NCBI RefSeq assembly: GCF_000011805.1
Contig: NC_006841.2
Direction: 5' to 3' (one strand)
From: Aliivibrio fischeri ES114
Lineage (GTDB): Bacteria; Pseudomonadota; Gammaproteobacteria; Enterobacterales; Vibrionaceae
Length of the DNA: 32,000 nt
Of the stretch, positions 16,959 through 31,258 are shown piece by piece (position 1 is the stretch's first letter; each line of letters begins with the position of its first letter). Below the pieces are notes generated by a model. It was not told the DNA's origin, did no database searches, and saw nothing but the letters and a program-made list of their open reading frames with translations. A program made the translations under genes and the position numbers.

Positions 16959-19289
16959 ATGTCTACTTCACCTCTCTCTTACAAACTAGCATACCGTCCA
17001 GCAGCTCTGGATGACGAGCTGTGTAAATCCACTAAAAACATAACTCCAATTGATGAAATTGTCGGACAAGATAGAGCGCAACAAGCGGTTGAGTTTGCGA
17101 TGTCAATTCCTGACCGTGGTTATAATATCTATGCTGTCGGCCAAAATGGTTTAGGTAAAAGAACCATGGTGTTGCGTTATTTGAAGCGCCACAAACCTGT
17201 TGGAAATGGTATGTATGATTGGTGCTATGTTACTAATTTTGATGATACTCGTCGGCCTAAAGTACTTAAATTACCTATGGGTACAGGGACTGAATTTAAA
17301 AAAGAAATTGAAAAAATCACGTTAAAGTTAGTGAAGGCCATTCCACTGGCTTTTGATAATGAGCTGTATTACACCCGAACTGGTACATTGAAAAATCAGT
17401 TAACGGATCAACAAGAGTCTTTACTTGCCACTTTAACTAAAGAAGCAAAAGGGAAAGGGATCAGCCTTGCAGTAACAACACAAGGTGAGTATCAATTTAT
17501 TGCTTTAAATGGTGAAGAGCTACATACAGAAGAAACGTTTGAAGCCTTAGATCGACAAGAGCAACGAAGCCTAGAATCATCCATTGATGAGCTTGAAATT
17601 AAACTTCGTAGTTTGGTTCGTCAATTAACAGAGTGGGAAGATAAATATTCAGCGAAGATTGAAAAGCTGAATGAAGATGTTATTTCTCAGGTGCTAACGG
17701 TTAATTTTGAAACGATCAAAACTAAATATAAAGATTCAAAAGTCATTATCCAGCATTTAAAGGATATGGAAAAAGACATCATTGAGAATTTTGATATCTT
17801 TATTCAAGAAGGTAACGAAGAGACCGAGCTGGCTTATGCATCATTAGAGAAAAAGCTACCACGTCGATATCAAATTAACTTATTAGTGAATCAAGATAAT
17901 GAGCAATTTCCATTAATCGTTGAAGAAAGCCCTAGTTATCACAACTTATTTGGTTATATTGAAAATGCGACCTATAAAGGAACGGTTTTCACTGATTTTT
18001 CATTGATTCGTCCAGGCAGTTTGCACAAAGCCAATGGTGGAGTGTTATTAATGGATGCGGTGAAAGTGCTGGAACGACCTTACGTATGGGATGGTTTGAA
18101 GCGAGCACTACGAGCGCAAAATTTAAATTTAAGCTCGCTAGAGAAAGAAGTGACATTGTCTGGAACCGTTTCGTTGGAGCCTGAGCCTATTCCACTTAAT
18201 GTGAAAATTATTCTATTTGGTGACCATCAAACGTACCAGTTGCTACAACATTACGATTCAGAGTTTAGTGAATTGTTTAAAGTCACGGCCGATTTTGAAG
18301 ACGACATGCCAAGAACGGCGGCATCGGAATACCATTATGCTCAATTTATTTCGAGTATTGTGCAAGATGGTAAGTTATTGCAATGTGACAAGAGAGCGAT
18401 TGAACGAATTATTGAATACAGTTCACGTCAATCGGGTGATCAAAATAGACTGTCCTTGCATTCAGAAGATATCTCGAATTTATTGAAAGAGACTAACTAC
18501 ATAGCAAGAGCGGCAAACTCAAATATGATCCGCCTAAAACATGTAGAACAAGCGCTTTCCAATAAAGAACACCGTGTAAATCGTGTTCAAGATGGTGTTA
18601 TGCAAAGCTTTAAAAATGGCACGACATTAATGCAAACCGAAGGAGCTGTGATAGGGCAAATTAATGCGTTGTCTGTATTAAGCACATCTAACCATCAGTT
18701 TGGTATGCCAAACCGCATCACAGCAACGACTTCATTCGGTAAAGGTGAAGTGTTTGATATTGAAAGAAAAGTTGAGCTCGGAGGGAGTATTCACTCTAAA
18801 GGAGTATTCATATTAAGCGCTTACTTAGCTTCATTGTTTGGTAAAAATAAAGCAATACCATTGAAAACCTATATTACGTTTGAGCAATCCTACGGTGGTG
18901 TTGATGGTGATAGTGCATCGATGGCTGAGTTTTGTTCTATTATTTCTGCTTATTCAGATATTGCTGCTCGACAAGACTTAGCAATTACCGGTTCTATGAA
19001 TCAATTTGGTGAGGCACAGCCAATAGGCGGAGTAAATGAAAAGATTGAGGGATTTTATGAAGTTTGCAAAATTAAAGGGCTTAATAAAAACCAAGGGGTA
19101 ATCATTCCTGAATCAAATGTTCAAAATTTAATGCTGAGCGCTGAAATTGTTCAAGCAATTGAGAAAGGAGAATTTTCAATTTGGCCAGTGAAACACGTAA
19201 GTGAAGCGGTTGTATTATTTACTGGAATGCAACTTGAAAATAATGAACAAACAGGCATTTATGATTTAATTAAACAAAAATTAGCCTAG
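16959..19289 (+). CDS. Lon-related putative ATP-dependent protease (AAA-like N-terminus plus Lon C-terminal proteolytic domain)
   Basis: ATP-binding-like GQNGLGKRTM; Lon domain with GDSASMAEF (Ser) and GGVNEKIEGF (Lys) catalytic dyad. Confidence 0.88.
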   Translation: MSTSPLSYKLAYRPAALDDELCKSTKNITPIDEIVGQDRAQQAVEFAMSIPDRGYNIYAVGQNGLGKRTMVLRYLKRHKPVGNGMYDWCYVTNFDDTRRPKVLKLPMGTGTEFKKEIEKITLKLVKAIPLAFDNELYYTRTGTLKNQLTDQQESLLATLTKEAKGKGISLAVTTQGEYQFIALNGEELHTEETFEALDRQEQRSLESSIDELEIKLRSLVRQLTEWEDKYSAKIEKLNEDVISQVLTVNFETIKTKYKDSKVIIQHLKDMEKDIIENFDIFIQEGNEETELAYASLEKKLPRRYQINLLVNQDNEQFPLIVEESPSYHNLFGYIENATYKGTVFTDFSLIRPGSLHKANGGVLLMDAVKVLERPYVWDGLKRALRAQNLNLSSLEKEVTLSGTVSLEPEPIPLNVKIILFGDHQTYQLLQHYDSEFSELFKVTADFEDDMPRTAASEYHYAQFISSIVQDGKLLQCDKRAIERIIEYSSRQSGDQNRLSLHSEDISNLLKETNYIARAANSNMIRLKHVEQALSNKEHRVNRVQDGVMQSFKNGTTLMQTEGAVIGQINALSVLSTSNHQFGMPNRITATTSFGKGEVFDIERKVELGGSIHSKGVFILSAYLASLFGKNKAIPLKTYITFEQSYGGVDGDSASMAEFCSIISAYSDIAARQDLAITGSMNQFGEAQPIGGVNEKIEGFYEVCKIKGLNKNQGVIIPESNVQNLMLSAEIVQAIEKGEFSIWPVKHVSEAVVLFTGMQLENNEQTGIYDLIKQKLA

Positions 19290-19309
19290 TAGTTGTTAAA
19301 GATATTATA

Positions 19310-19342
19310 AAAATGTACAGGTGTGTTCTGTACATTTTTTTT
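19310..19342 (+). terminator. intrinsic terminator after the Lon-like gene
   Basis: AAAATGTACAG-gtgtgtt-CTGTACATTTTTTTT. Confidence 0.85.
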
Positions 19343-19358
19343 ATATGTTATTTGTAAA

Positions 19359-19388
19359 TTGAAATTATAGTTCAGACGGTGATATAAT
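19359..19388 (+). promoter_or_regulatory. candidate sigma70 promoter for the 19485 gene
   Basis: TTGAAA-N18-TATAAT about 100 bp upstream of the start, directly after a terminator. Confidence 0.5.
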
Positions 19389-19484
19389 GAACGGTATGGA
19401 TAACAATATAGTTAATGGCTTTTCTAACACAATAGCCATTGGTTAATCATGCATCTTGTTTTCAATTAATGTAATGAGGATTTT

Positions 19485-20714
19485 ATGTATCACCCTCTCT
19501 CTCCTAATCTTGATTTAGGCTCTTTTCTGTTGGTTCGAGGAAAAAAGACATATATAGAAGAGAACTTATTGCTGCGAGTTAAGCCAATCGATATTGATGG
19601 AACGGAATATTGGGTTCCTATCGGTATTAACTGGAATAGTGGTCAATCGACTAAACGCAGAAGAATGGAGTTTGCACAGGTACGATTTGCTCGTAAGGGA
19701 CAGCCTTATTACAGTAAAGCTTATTATGCTGATTTCGATAACGAAGATGACGACTTGGAAGCTCGTTCTGAAGCGATTATTGAAGCGGCATGGTCTATTG
19801 CTGAACTTGTAGAACAAAATGAATATGAAACGGCAGATGATGCACGAAAAACAAAGACGTTTACTGCTAAGTCTGTTTATGAAGGATTACATCCAAATAT
19901 TCAATTAAAAGTGTCTATGGTAAATGGAACGCCTTACATTAATAGCCATTTTGAGCGTCATGAAAGTAAACGTTGTTATCGTTCACATAACTTCTCGCGT
20001 AGCTTATACAGTTTAAATTTTGATGATTTGGCATTGTTCTTGTCTGATTTGAATGCGATAGGAAAAGAAATTGATGCTTTCCTACAAACTAAAGATGCGG
20101 ATATAAAGAAATTTAAACCAAGTAAGAAGTTGGTGACCGTTCCATTATCAAAATTTGCAATGCGTAATATTGCGGATCAGCTCGTTCAGAAATCAATGGA
20201 CGGTTGTAGAAAAGAATTTGATAAAACGTGGTTTGAATTTAAAAGAAAACCAAAACAAATTCAAATGATTGAAGCAGAAGATAAATCATCTTTTACTGTA
20301 AAGAAAGAACATACAAAAATCGGTACTGTAATTAAGTTAGATAAGTTTAAGGCTTGTACTCACCCTACACATGTTTTAAGAAAAGTTGCCTTAATGAAAG
20401 CGAATTATAATTGGGCTAATTTTAAAACCGAAAGAAAAGAAGAATCAGCAAAAGGTAAGTATTTTAAAATTGCTCATCCTTCATCAGGTATCGTGGGTGT
20501 GGTGGTTAAGAAGACGGATAATGAGACCATTTTTAAAGGTATTATTGGCCAGACACCAAGAAACAGTTATAAATTTAAAACATTTTCGACTAATTCAATG
20601 ACTGAAAAACAAGCTTTTATCGCCGCGAAACAGGCATTTATTGAAGTAATTGAAAATGAATCATGGTCTGATTATAAATTAACAAAAGAATTTAATTTAT
20701 ATCAAGCGAGTTAA
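19485..20714 (+). CDS. uncharacterised 409-aa protein
   Basis: Long ORF with AGGA upstream; no recognised family; the C-terminus GVVVKKTDNETIFKGIIGQTPRNSYKFKTF...TEKQAFIAAKQAFIEVIEN has a weak AP2/integrase-arm-like feel. Confidence 0.75.
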   Translation: MYHPLSPNLDLGSFLLVRGKKTYIEENLLLRVKPIDIDGTEYWVPIGINWNSGQSTKRRRMEFAQVRFARKGQPYYSKAYYADFDNEDDDLEARSEAIIEAAWSIAELVEQNEYETADDARKTKTFTAKSVYEGLHPNIQLKVSMVNGTPYINSHFERHESKRCYRSHNFSRSLYSLNFDDLALFLSDLNAIGKEIDAFLQTKDADIKKFKPSKKLVTVPLSKFAMRNIADQLVQKSMDGCRKEFDKTWFEFKRKPKQIQMIEAEDKSSFTVKKEHTKIGTVIKLDKFKACTHPTHVLRKVALMKANYNWANFKTERKEESAKGKYFKIAHPSSGIVGVVVKKTDNETIFKGIIGQTPRNSYKFKTFSTNSMTEKQAFIAAKQAFIEVIENESWSDYKLTKEFNLYQAS

Positions 20715-20788
20715 TAAATCTTAATTTAAGATAACCTAAAAAATAGAAGCTCCTTAGTTTTATCTTAAAACGAGAGGAGCTTTATTTT

Positions 20789-21130
20789 TTACTTTTTTGT
20801 GAATATGCTTATATCAAGCTTAAGAGGTGTTCCAAGCCAAACGGCTGATTGAGTGTGGTCAAGATATTCATCATCAGTTAATGGGTGAATAAGAATACTT
20901 AATCCATTTTGATGCAGAGTTAAATACGTAAGTACTTCATCATAATTTTCTTGTTTAAATGAAACTTGACGACTCCATACAGGATGCGGTCCTACTGGTT
21001 TTTTATTAATGCGTCCTAATTCATAACCATACTCTTTATGTACGCTTTCGGTTAATGCGATGGCATAGTCAATATTACTTTCGTCAAAGTAAACATGGAT
21101 ATGATAACCATGGATATCTAATTGCGGCAT
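20789..21130 (-). CDS. DOPA 4,5-dioxygenase-like family protein
   Basis: IHGYHIHVYFDE...GPHPVWSRQVSF...LTLHQNGLSILIHPLTDDEYLDH; start refined to MPQLD at 21130. Confidence 0.82.
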   Translation of the reverse strand: MPQLDIHGYHIHVYFDESNIDYAIALTESVHKEYGYELGRINKKPVGPHPVWSRQVSFKQENYDEVLTYLTLHQNGLSILIHPLTDDEYLDHTQSAVWLGTPLKLDISIFTKK

Positions 21131-21212
21131 GTGAAATAGTTCTCTAAAAATGAAAATAAAAAAGGCCAAACCGAAGTTTAGCCTTATTATAGTTCATTTT
21201 AAATGAGAATGA

Positions 21213-22244
21213 TTATTCCCAATCTAGAATAACTTTACCAGACATACCAGAGCGCATCATATCGAAGCCTGCTTGGAAGTCATCAATCTTATAGTGGTGC
21301 GTGATAATTGGTGTTAGATCTAAGCCTGATTGAATTAAGCTTGCCATCTTATACCAAGTTTCAAACATCTCGCGTCCGTAAATGCCTTTGATGACTAAGC
21401 CTTTAAAGATAACTTGGTTCCAATCAACAGTCATGTCTGATGGTGGAATACCTAGAAGAGATATTTTACCGCCATGGTTCATGTTAGTTAGCATGCTATT
21501 AAATGCTGATGGATTACCAGACATTTCCAAACCGACATCAAAGCCTTCTGTCATGCCAAGCTCAGACATCACATCTTCAAGCTTCTCGTTCATTACGTTT
21601 ACGGCACGAGTTACGCCCATTTTCTTAGCAAGATCTAAGCGGTATTCATTCACATCAGTAATCACGACGTGACGTGCACCAACATGTTTTGCAACAGCCG
21701 CCGCCATGATGCCAATAGGACCAGCACCCGTGATTAGAACGTCTTCACCAACTAAATCAAATGATAGAGCAGTGTGAACTGCGTTTCCAAATGGGTCAAA
21801 GATTGATGCTAAGTCATCTGAAATGCCAGCAGGGATCTTAAATGCATTGAAAGCAGGAATCACTAGGTATTCAGAAAAAGCACCAGTACGGTTTACACCT
21901 ACGCCTGTTGTATTACGACAAAGGTGAGTACGGCCGCCACGACAGTTACGACAATGACCACAAGTTATGTGACCTTCACCTGAAACGCGGTCTCCAATTT
22001 CAAAACCACGCACTTCTTGACCAATACCAACAACTTCACCTACATACTCGTGACCAACAACCATAGGTACTGGAATTGTTTTTTGTGACCATTCGTCCCA
22101 GTTGTAGATATGTACATCGGTACCACAGATGGCAGTTTTCTTAATGCGGATAAGAAGATCGTTATGACCCATCTCAGGTTTTTCAACCTCAGTTAGCCAG
22201 ATACCTTCTTCAGGTTTTAATTTTGAAAGCGCTTTAATTTTCAT
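21213..22244 (-). CDS. tdh: L-threonine 3-dehydrogenase
   Basis: [54 protein letters not shown]...; zinc MDR family. Confidence 0.97.
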   Translation of the reverse strand: MKIKALSKLKPEEGIWLTEVEKPEMGHNDLLIRIKKTAICGTDVHIYNWDEWSQKTIPVPMVVGHEYVGEVVGIGQEVRGFEIGDRVSGEGHITCGHCRNCRGGRTHLCRNTTGVGVNRTGAFSEYLVIPAFNAFKIPAGISDDLASIFDPFGNAVHTALSFDLVGEDVLITGAGPIGIMAAAVAKHVGARHVVITDVNEYRLDLAKKMGVTRAVNVMNEKLEDVMSELGMTEGFDVGLEMSGNPSAFNSMLTNMNHGGKISLLGIPPSDMTVDWNQVIFKGLVIKGIYGREMFETWYKMASLIQSGLDLTPIITHHYKIDDFQAGFDMMRSGMSGKVILDWE

Positions 22245-23440
22245 TATTTAATGATCTCCATGTCTTTACCTACTTCGATAAAGGCATCAATTGCACGATC
22301 TAGCTGTTCACGAGTGTGAGCAGCGGACATTTGTGTACGAATACGAGCTTGGCCTTTTGGTACTACTGGGAAAGAGAATGCAATAACATAAATCCCTTTT
22401 TCTAGTGCACGTTCAGCAAACTCAACAGCGATTTTTGCATCTCCAAGCATGATTGGAATAATTGCGTGATCAGCACCGCCCATAGTAAAGCCTGCTGCTT
22501 CCATACGTGTACGGAAATGCGCTGAGTTCTCCCATAATTTAGAACGCAGGTCACCTGATTCAGCCAGAAGATCTAAAACACGAATAGATGCAGATACAAT
22601 GGCCGGAGCAACAGAGTTTGAGAATAGGTAAGGGCGAGAACGCTGACGAAGCCAGTCAATCACTTCTTTTTTACCTGAAGTGTAGCCGCCTGATGCGCCA
22701 CCCATTGCTTTACCAAGTGTGCCTGTGATGATATCGATACGGTCGATTACATCGTGATACTCATGAGTACCAGCACCGTTTTCACCCATAAAGCCAACTG
22801 CGTGAGAGTCATCAACCATCACAAGGGCGTCGTATTTATCTGCTAAGTCACAGATTGCAGGAAGGTTTGCAACAACGCCATCCATTGAGAACACACCATC
22901 AGTTACGATAAGCGTATGACGAGCGCCAGCTTCTTTTGCTGCAATTAATTGCTCTTCAAGTTCAGTCATGTTGTTGTTTGCGTAGCGGAAACGCATTGCT
23001 TTACATAGACGCACACCATCAATGATTGATGCGTGGTTTAGTGCATCTGAGATAATCGCATCTTCTGCACCTAGAATGGTTTCAAACAAACCAGCATTTG
23101 CATCAAAACATGATGTGTAAAGAATAGTGTCTTCTTTACCTAAGAAAGTAGATAGCTTTTGTTCTAATTCTTTATGTGAATCTTGAGTACCACAAATAAA
23201 ACGAACTGATGCCATACCAAAGCCATGCTCATCCATTCCATCTTTTGCTGCTTCAATAAGAGCAGGGTGGTTAGCTAAACCTAAGTAGTTATTTGCACAG
23301 AAATTTAGTACTTCTTGGCCAGTAGAAATAGAAACTGATGCTTTTTGAGCTGAAGTAATAATACGTTCTGATTTATATAAACCTTCGTTTTTTACTTCTT
23401 CAATTTGGTTTTGAATCTGTGTGTAGAATGCAGAAGACAT
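22244..23440 (-). CDS. kbl: glycine C-acetyltransferase (2-amino-3-ketobutyrate CoA ligase)
   Basis: [54 protein letters not shown]; TAATG overlap with tdh. Confidence 0.97.
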   Translation of the reverse strand: MSSAFYTQIQNQIEEVKNEGLYKSERIITSAQKASVSISTGQEVLNFCANNYLGLANHPALIEAAKDGMDEHGFGMASVRFICGTQDSHKELEQKLSTFLGKEDTILYTSCFDANAGLFETILGAEDAIISDALNHASIIDGVRLCKAMRFRYANNNMTELEEQLIAAKEAGARHTLIVTDGVFSMDGVVANLPAICDLADKYDALVMVDDSHAVGFMGENGAGTHEYHDVIDRIDIITGTLGKAMGGASGGYTSGKKEVIDWLRQRSRPYLFSNSVAPAIVSASIRVLDLLAESGDLRSKLWENSAHFRTRMEAAGFTMGGADHAIIPIMLGDAKIAVEFAERALEKGIYVIAFSFPVVPKGQARIRTQMSAAHTREQLDRAIDAFIEVGKDMEIIK

Positions 23441-23562
23441 TGCGGTTCCTTTTTTTAGTTATGTTTGTTGCACGTAAAAGTGTAATCAAAATCCGATAAA
23501 TAGATTCTAATTCAAATCAATTACGACTATTATCCCTAAAAATGGAAAAGCATTAGTGAATC

Positions 23563-24498
23563 ATGGTCACAAATAAACTTATTACTTTATTACCGGATTT
23601 AGCGACGTTTATTGTTGTTGTAAATGAAGGGAGTTTTACCGCTGCAGCAAAGAAGCTAGGTGTTACTCCATCTGCATTGAGTAAATTAATTACTCGGTTA
23701 GAGAATGCACTTTCAGTAAAGTTGTTTGAACGAACGACTCGTAGTTTACTGATCACTGAATCAGGAAAAAAAATATATCAGCAATCAGTCATCATGGTTG
23801 AAGCTGCGCAACAGGCTGTTGATATTTCAAGCTCTGAACATACAGTTCCTTCAGGAAGTTTAACTGTTGCAGCCCCAAAAGCATTTTTAACTATCGTACT
23901 TCAGCCGTTGATTACTCCTTTTTTAACTAAATACCCAAAGATTCAATTAAAACTTAGAGCATCAGATGGTGATATCGATATGATTGCTCAAGGTATTGAT
24001 GTGGTATTTAGGCTGACAGATAAGCCGACTGAAGGCTTGGTTATGAAAGAAATAGGTAAAGTTAATTTAAGCCTATGTGCAAGTCCTACTTATTTAGAAG
24101 AGAGAGGGATTCCTCATCTTCCGCAAGAGTTAGCCAATCATGACTGCTTATTTTTAGGTGAAACAACAACGGACCATATTTGGGAATTTGTTAAAGGCAC
24201 AGAAAGTCATGTCATTGCAGTAAGCGGTAGATATGCCGTGAATCATTCGCAAATGAGGTTAAATGGTGTAAAGGATGGCTTTGGTATTGGGATTTTCCCA
24301 GACTTTGTTATAAAAGAAGCATTAGCGAATAATGAAGTCATATCTGTTTTATCTGATTGGCAAATTAAAGGGAATTACCACGGTGTTATCGCAATGCAAT
24401 ACGCACAAAATAAATACATACCATCAAGGTTGAAAGTATTTACTGAGTTTGTAAAAGAAAACTTGATGAAATCAAAGGTAAATGATGAAAGAACTTGA
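23563..24498 (+). CDS. LysR-family transcriptional regulator
   Basis: N-terminal wHTH FIVVVNEGSFTAAAKKLGVTPSALSKLITRLENALSVKLFERTTRS; substrate-binding domain. Confidence 0.93.
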   Translation: MVTNKLITLLPDLATFIVVVNEGSFTAAAKKLGVTPSALSKLITRLENALSVKLFERTTRSLLITESGKKIYQQSVIMVEAAQQAVDISSSEHTVPSGSLTVAAPKAFLTIVLQPLITPFLTKYPKIQLKLRASDGDIDMIAQGIDVVFRLTDKPTEGLVMKEIGKVNLSLCASPTYLEERGIPHLPQELANHDCLFLGETTTDHIWEFVKGTESHVIAVSGRYAVNHSQMRLNGVKDGFGIGIFPDFVIKEALANNEVISVLSDWQIKGNYHGVIAMQYAQNKYIPSRLKVFTEFVKENLMKSKVNDERT

Positions 24499-24862
24499 GT
24501 TACGTTTACTAAGAGGGCTACCTGGCAGTGGTAAAACGACATTAGCTCAGTCTTTAGGTTTGATCCATATTGAAGCTGATCAGTTTTTTATGAATGAAGC
24601 AGGAGAATACTGTTTTGATGGAAAGTTATTAGGGTCTGCGCATCAATGGTGTCAATCTCAATGTGAATATCACCTTTATCATAATAGAAGTGTCGTGGTT
24701 GCAAATACATTTGTTAAACACTGGGAAATTGATGTGTATAGAAAAATAGCTCAAAAATTTGGAGCTAAGATTAAGATAGATGTCTGTAAGGGGAAATTTA
24801 AAAGTATTCACAATGTTCCTGAGCAAGTGATTAGCCGGATGAAACGCGAATGGGAAGAATAA
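24482..24862 (+). CDS. small P-loop ATPase/kinase-like protein
   Basis: Walker A GLPGSGKTTLA; IEADQFF; NTFVKHWEIDVYRKIA resembles NEDD4BP2-like/zeta-toxin-like ATPases; overlaps the LysR gene end. Confidence 0.75.
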   Translation: MMKELELRLLRGLPGSGKTTLAQSLGLIHIEADQFFMNEAGEYCFDGKLLGSAHQWCQSQCEYHLYHNRSVVVANTFVKHWEIDVYRKIAQKFGAKIKIDVCKGKFKSIHNVPEQVISRMKREWEE

Positions 24863-24938
24863 ATATTATTCGAATTGATGATTTTCAAAACAAGATGTTT
24901 GTTTTTTGAACGCTTAAAAGTTTTTTTGAAAAAAATAC

Positions 24939-24966
24939 TTGCAACAAAAATCGAAATCTCTATACT
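24939..24966 (+). promoter_or_regulatory. candidate rrn P1 promoter
   Basis: TTGCAA-N16-TATACT with A/T-tract UP-like sequence upstream, about 340 bp before 16S. Confidence 0.65.
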
Positions 24967-25122
24967 TCGCTTCCGTTGACACAGCAAAGCTTTCTTAGAA
25001 AGAGTTGAGGTTCAACAAAGAAGTGAAACATTGACGCGAACGGAGTTTTAAAAAGTTACTTGTAACTTACTTTTAGTAATTTAAATGACACTTCACGCAA
25101 AATTAAGCAACGCTTAGTTTTG

Positions 25123-25134
25123 AGCTCTTTAATA
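25123..25134 (+). promoter_or_regulatory. rrn leader boxA-like antitermination element
   Basis: GCTCTTTAATAA, compare GCTCTTTAACAA. Confidence 0.55.
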
Positions 25135-25302
25135 ATTTGACCTTAGCAATCTGTGTGGGCACTTGTGAATTGATAATCAACAAATTATCAATGAACTGAG
25201 TGACTACACAAAATTACTTTTATGTAACAATCAGTATTAATCATTGAGTCGGTTTTGTTTCTGCTTCTCTTTATAGAAAAGACAGAGCAACCAAAAAAAC
25301 TT

Positions 25303-26855
<1,553 letters not shown>

Positions 26856-26942
26856 AACGATAGATTACGATTTATGAGTGTTCACACAGATTGCAAGGTT
26901 GAAAAGTAAAGAGATTTAGAAGGTGCCCAACACCTTCGTAGT

Positions 26943-27018
26943 GTCCCGTTCGTCTAGAGGCCTAGGACACCGCCCTTTCACGGCGGTAACAGGGGTTCGA
27001 CTCCCCTACGGGATACCA
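26943..27018 (+). tRNA. tRNA-Glu(TTC) in the 16S-23S spacer
   Basis: GTCCCGT...CCGCC-CTTTCAC-GGCGG...ACGGGATACCA. Confidence 0.96.
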
Positions 27019-27020
27019 TT

Positions 27021-27096
27021 GGGTCGTTAGCTCAGTTGGTAGAGCAGTTGACTTTTAATCAATTGGTCGCAGGTTCGAATCCTGCACGACCCACCA
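27021..27096 (+). tRNA. tRNA-Lys(TTT) in the 16S-23S spacer
   Basis: GGGTCGTTAGCTCAGTTGGTAGAGCAGTTGACTTTTAATCAATTGGTCGCAGGTTCGAATCCTGCACGACCCACCA. Confidence 0.97.
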
Positions 27097-27157
27097 TTCT
27101 TTCCACAGAGAATGGGTTTGTTCCTGATAGAGTCAGGAATAAGTTGAAATACTATGT

Positions 27158-27233
27158 GGGCGATTAGCTCAGTTGGGAGAGCACCTCCCTTACAAGGAGG
27201 GGGTCACTGGTTCGAGCCCGGTATCGCCCACCA
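27158..27233 (+). tRNA. tRNA-Val(TAC) in the 16S-23S spacer
   Basis: GGGCGATTAGCTCAGTTGGGAGAGCACCTCCCTTACAAGGAGGGGGTCACTGGTTCGAGCCCGGTATCGCCCACCA. Confidence 0.97.
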
Positions 27234-27368
27234 TTTCATATGGATATACTCTTTAAATATTTTTGGAAGGATTCCAAACCAGTTCAAGAAATTGACCCTG
27301 GTTAGGATTTTTGCCGTCTGAGAATGATTAAAAAGTATTTTATCACTACAAAAGTAGTGACGTTATAC

Positions 27369-27381
27369 TGCTCTTTAACAA
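27369..27381 (+). promoter_or_regulatory. spacer boxA-like antitermination element
   Basis: TGCTCTTTAACAA upstream of 23S. Confidence 0.6.
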
Positions 27382-27647
27382 TTTGGAAAGCTGACTGATT
27401 CAGCTTAATCACAGCTCAGGCTGAGATTAAGTTAAATCAAAATTTAAAAGTTCTTAATATCCTTTGTTTTACTTTGTAAAACGAAGACAACACATTCAAG
27501 TGTTCTTGGTATTATTTTGTTTCTACTTTTAAAGTAGAAATAAAGAGCGAATCCGGCGAAAAACCAAAACTCTCTATCTTTTATACAAAGATAGAAAGAG
27601 TTTAAACCTTGGTTGCTGTAAGTATACGAAACCTCTTGGGGTTGTAT

Positions 27648-30537
<2,890 letters not shown>

Positions 30538-30667
30538 TACAACACCCAAGGGGTTTTAACGGATTCGTTAACCAAGACACAATATTGAATGTGATTAAGA
30601 ATTAGTTTTAAATTAGAACAGTTTTCCAGATTATTATTAATCATTAGCATGATTAATAAACAAATTT

Positions 30668-30787
30668 TGCTTGGCGACCATAGCGTTATGGACCCACCTG
30701 ATCCCATGCCGAACTCAGAAGTGAAACGTAATAGCGCCGATGGTAGTGTGGGGTTTCCCCATGTGAGAGTAGGACATCGCCAGGCTT
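30668..30787 (+). rRNA. 5S ribosomal RNA
   Basis: TGCTTGGCGACCATAGCG...CCGATGGTAGTGTGGGG...GAGAGTAGGACATCGCCAGGCTT. Confidence 0.94.
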
Positions 30788-30847
30788 TAATTCTTCTTAT
30801 TTTTAATTAAATAAGAGTTAGACAAAGTTAAGTCTTTAAAAAACTAC

Positions 30848-30983
<136 letters not shown>

Positions 30984-30990
<7 letters not shown>

Positions 30991-31050
30991 GTGGATTCCC
31001 CTACCATAAGAACGCGCGTGTTGGGAGTTCGAATCTCTCCACCCCTGCCA
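30984..31050 (+). pseudogene. truncated tRNA-Trp remnant
   Basis: 31015-31050 is identical to the last 36 nt of tRNA-Trp including CCA; AGAGCCGTGGATTCC resembles AGAGCAGCGGATTCC; no acceptor 5' strand or D arm, and a disrupted anticodon loop. Confidence 0.82.
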
Positions 31051-31116
31051 TATTTAGAAAAGGCTTATATCGAAAGGTATAAGCCTTTTTGCTATCTGCG
31101 ATTTAAGAAAAGAGCC
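31015..31116 (+). repeat. second copy of the duplicated segment
   Basis: Matches 30889-30990 except near 31081 (A for G) and TGCGATTT versus TGATATTT. Confidence 0.9.
31058..31091 (+). terminator. intrinsic terminator, copy 2
   Basis: AAAAGGCTTATA-tcgaaagg-TATAAGCCTTTTT, 12-bp perfect stem. Confidence 0.8.
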
Positions 31117-31258
31117 TTTTTACTTTCTACGACTTAAGAAAAGGGGAGTGAGTTTGCTTGAATATGAAAGCAGATGTACATCGAAAGTTATTAGCTTTTT
31201 CTTTTAAAATGCCTCCAATTTGTTAGAATATCGCGCATATTTAAAGGAGAGTAATACA

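Noticed and set aside
19387-19446. 19-codon ORF MNGMDNNIVNGFSNTIAIG as a possible leader peptide
   Set aside because: Its ATG overlaps the inferred -10 hexamer, so it would not be on the transcript; no Shine-Dalgarno.
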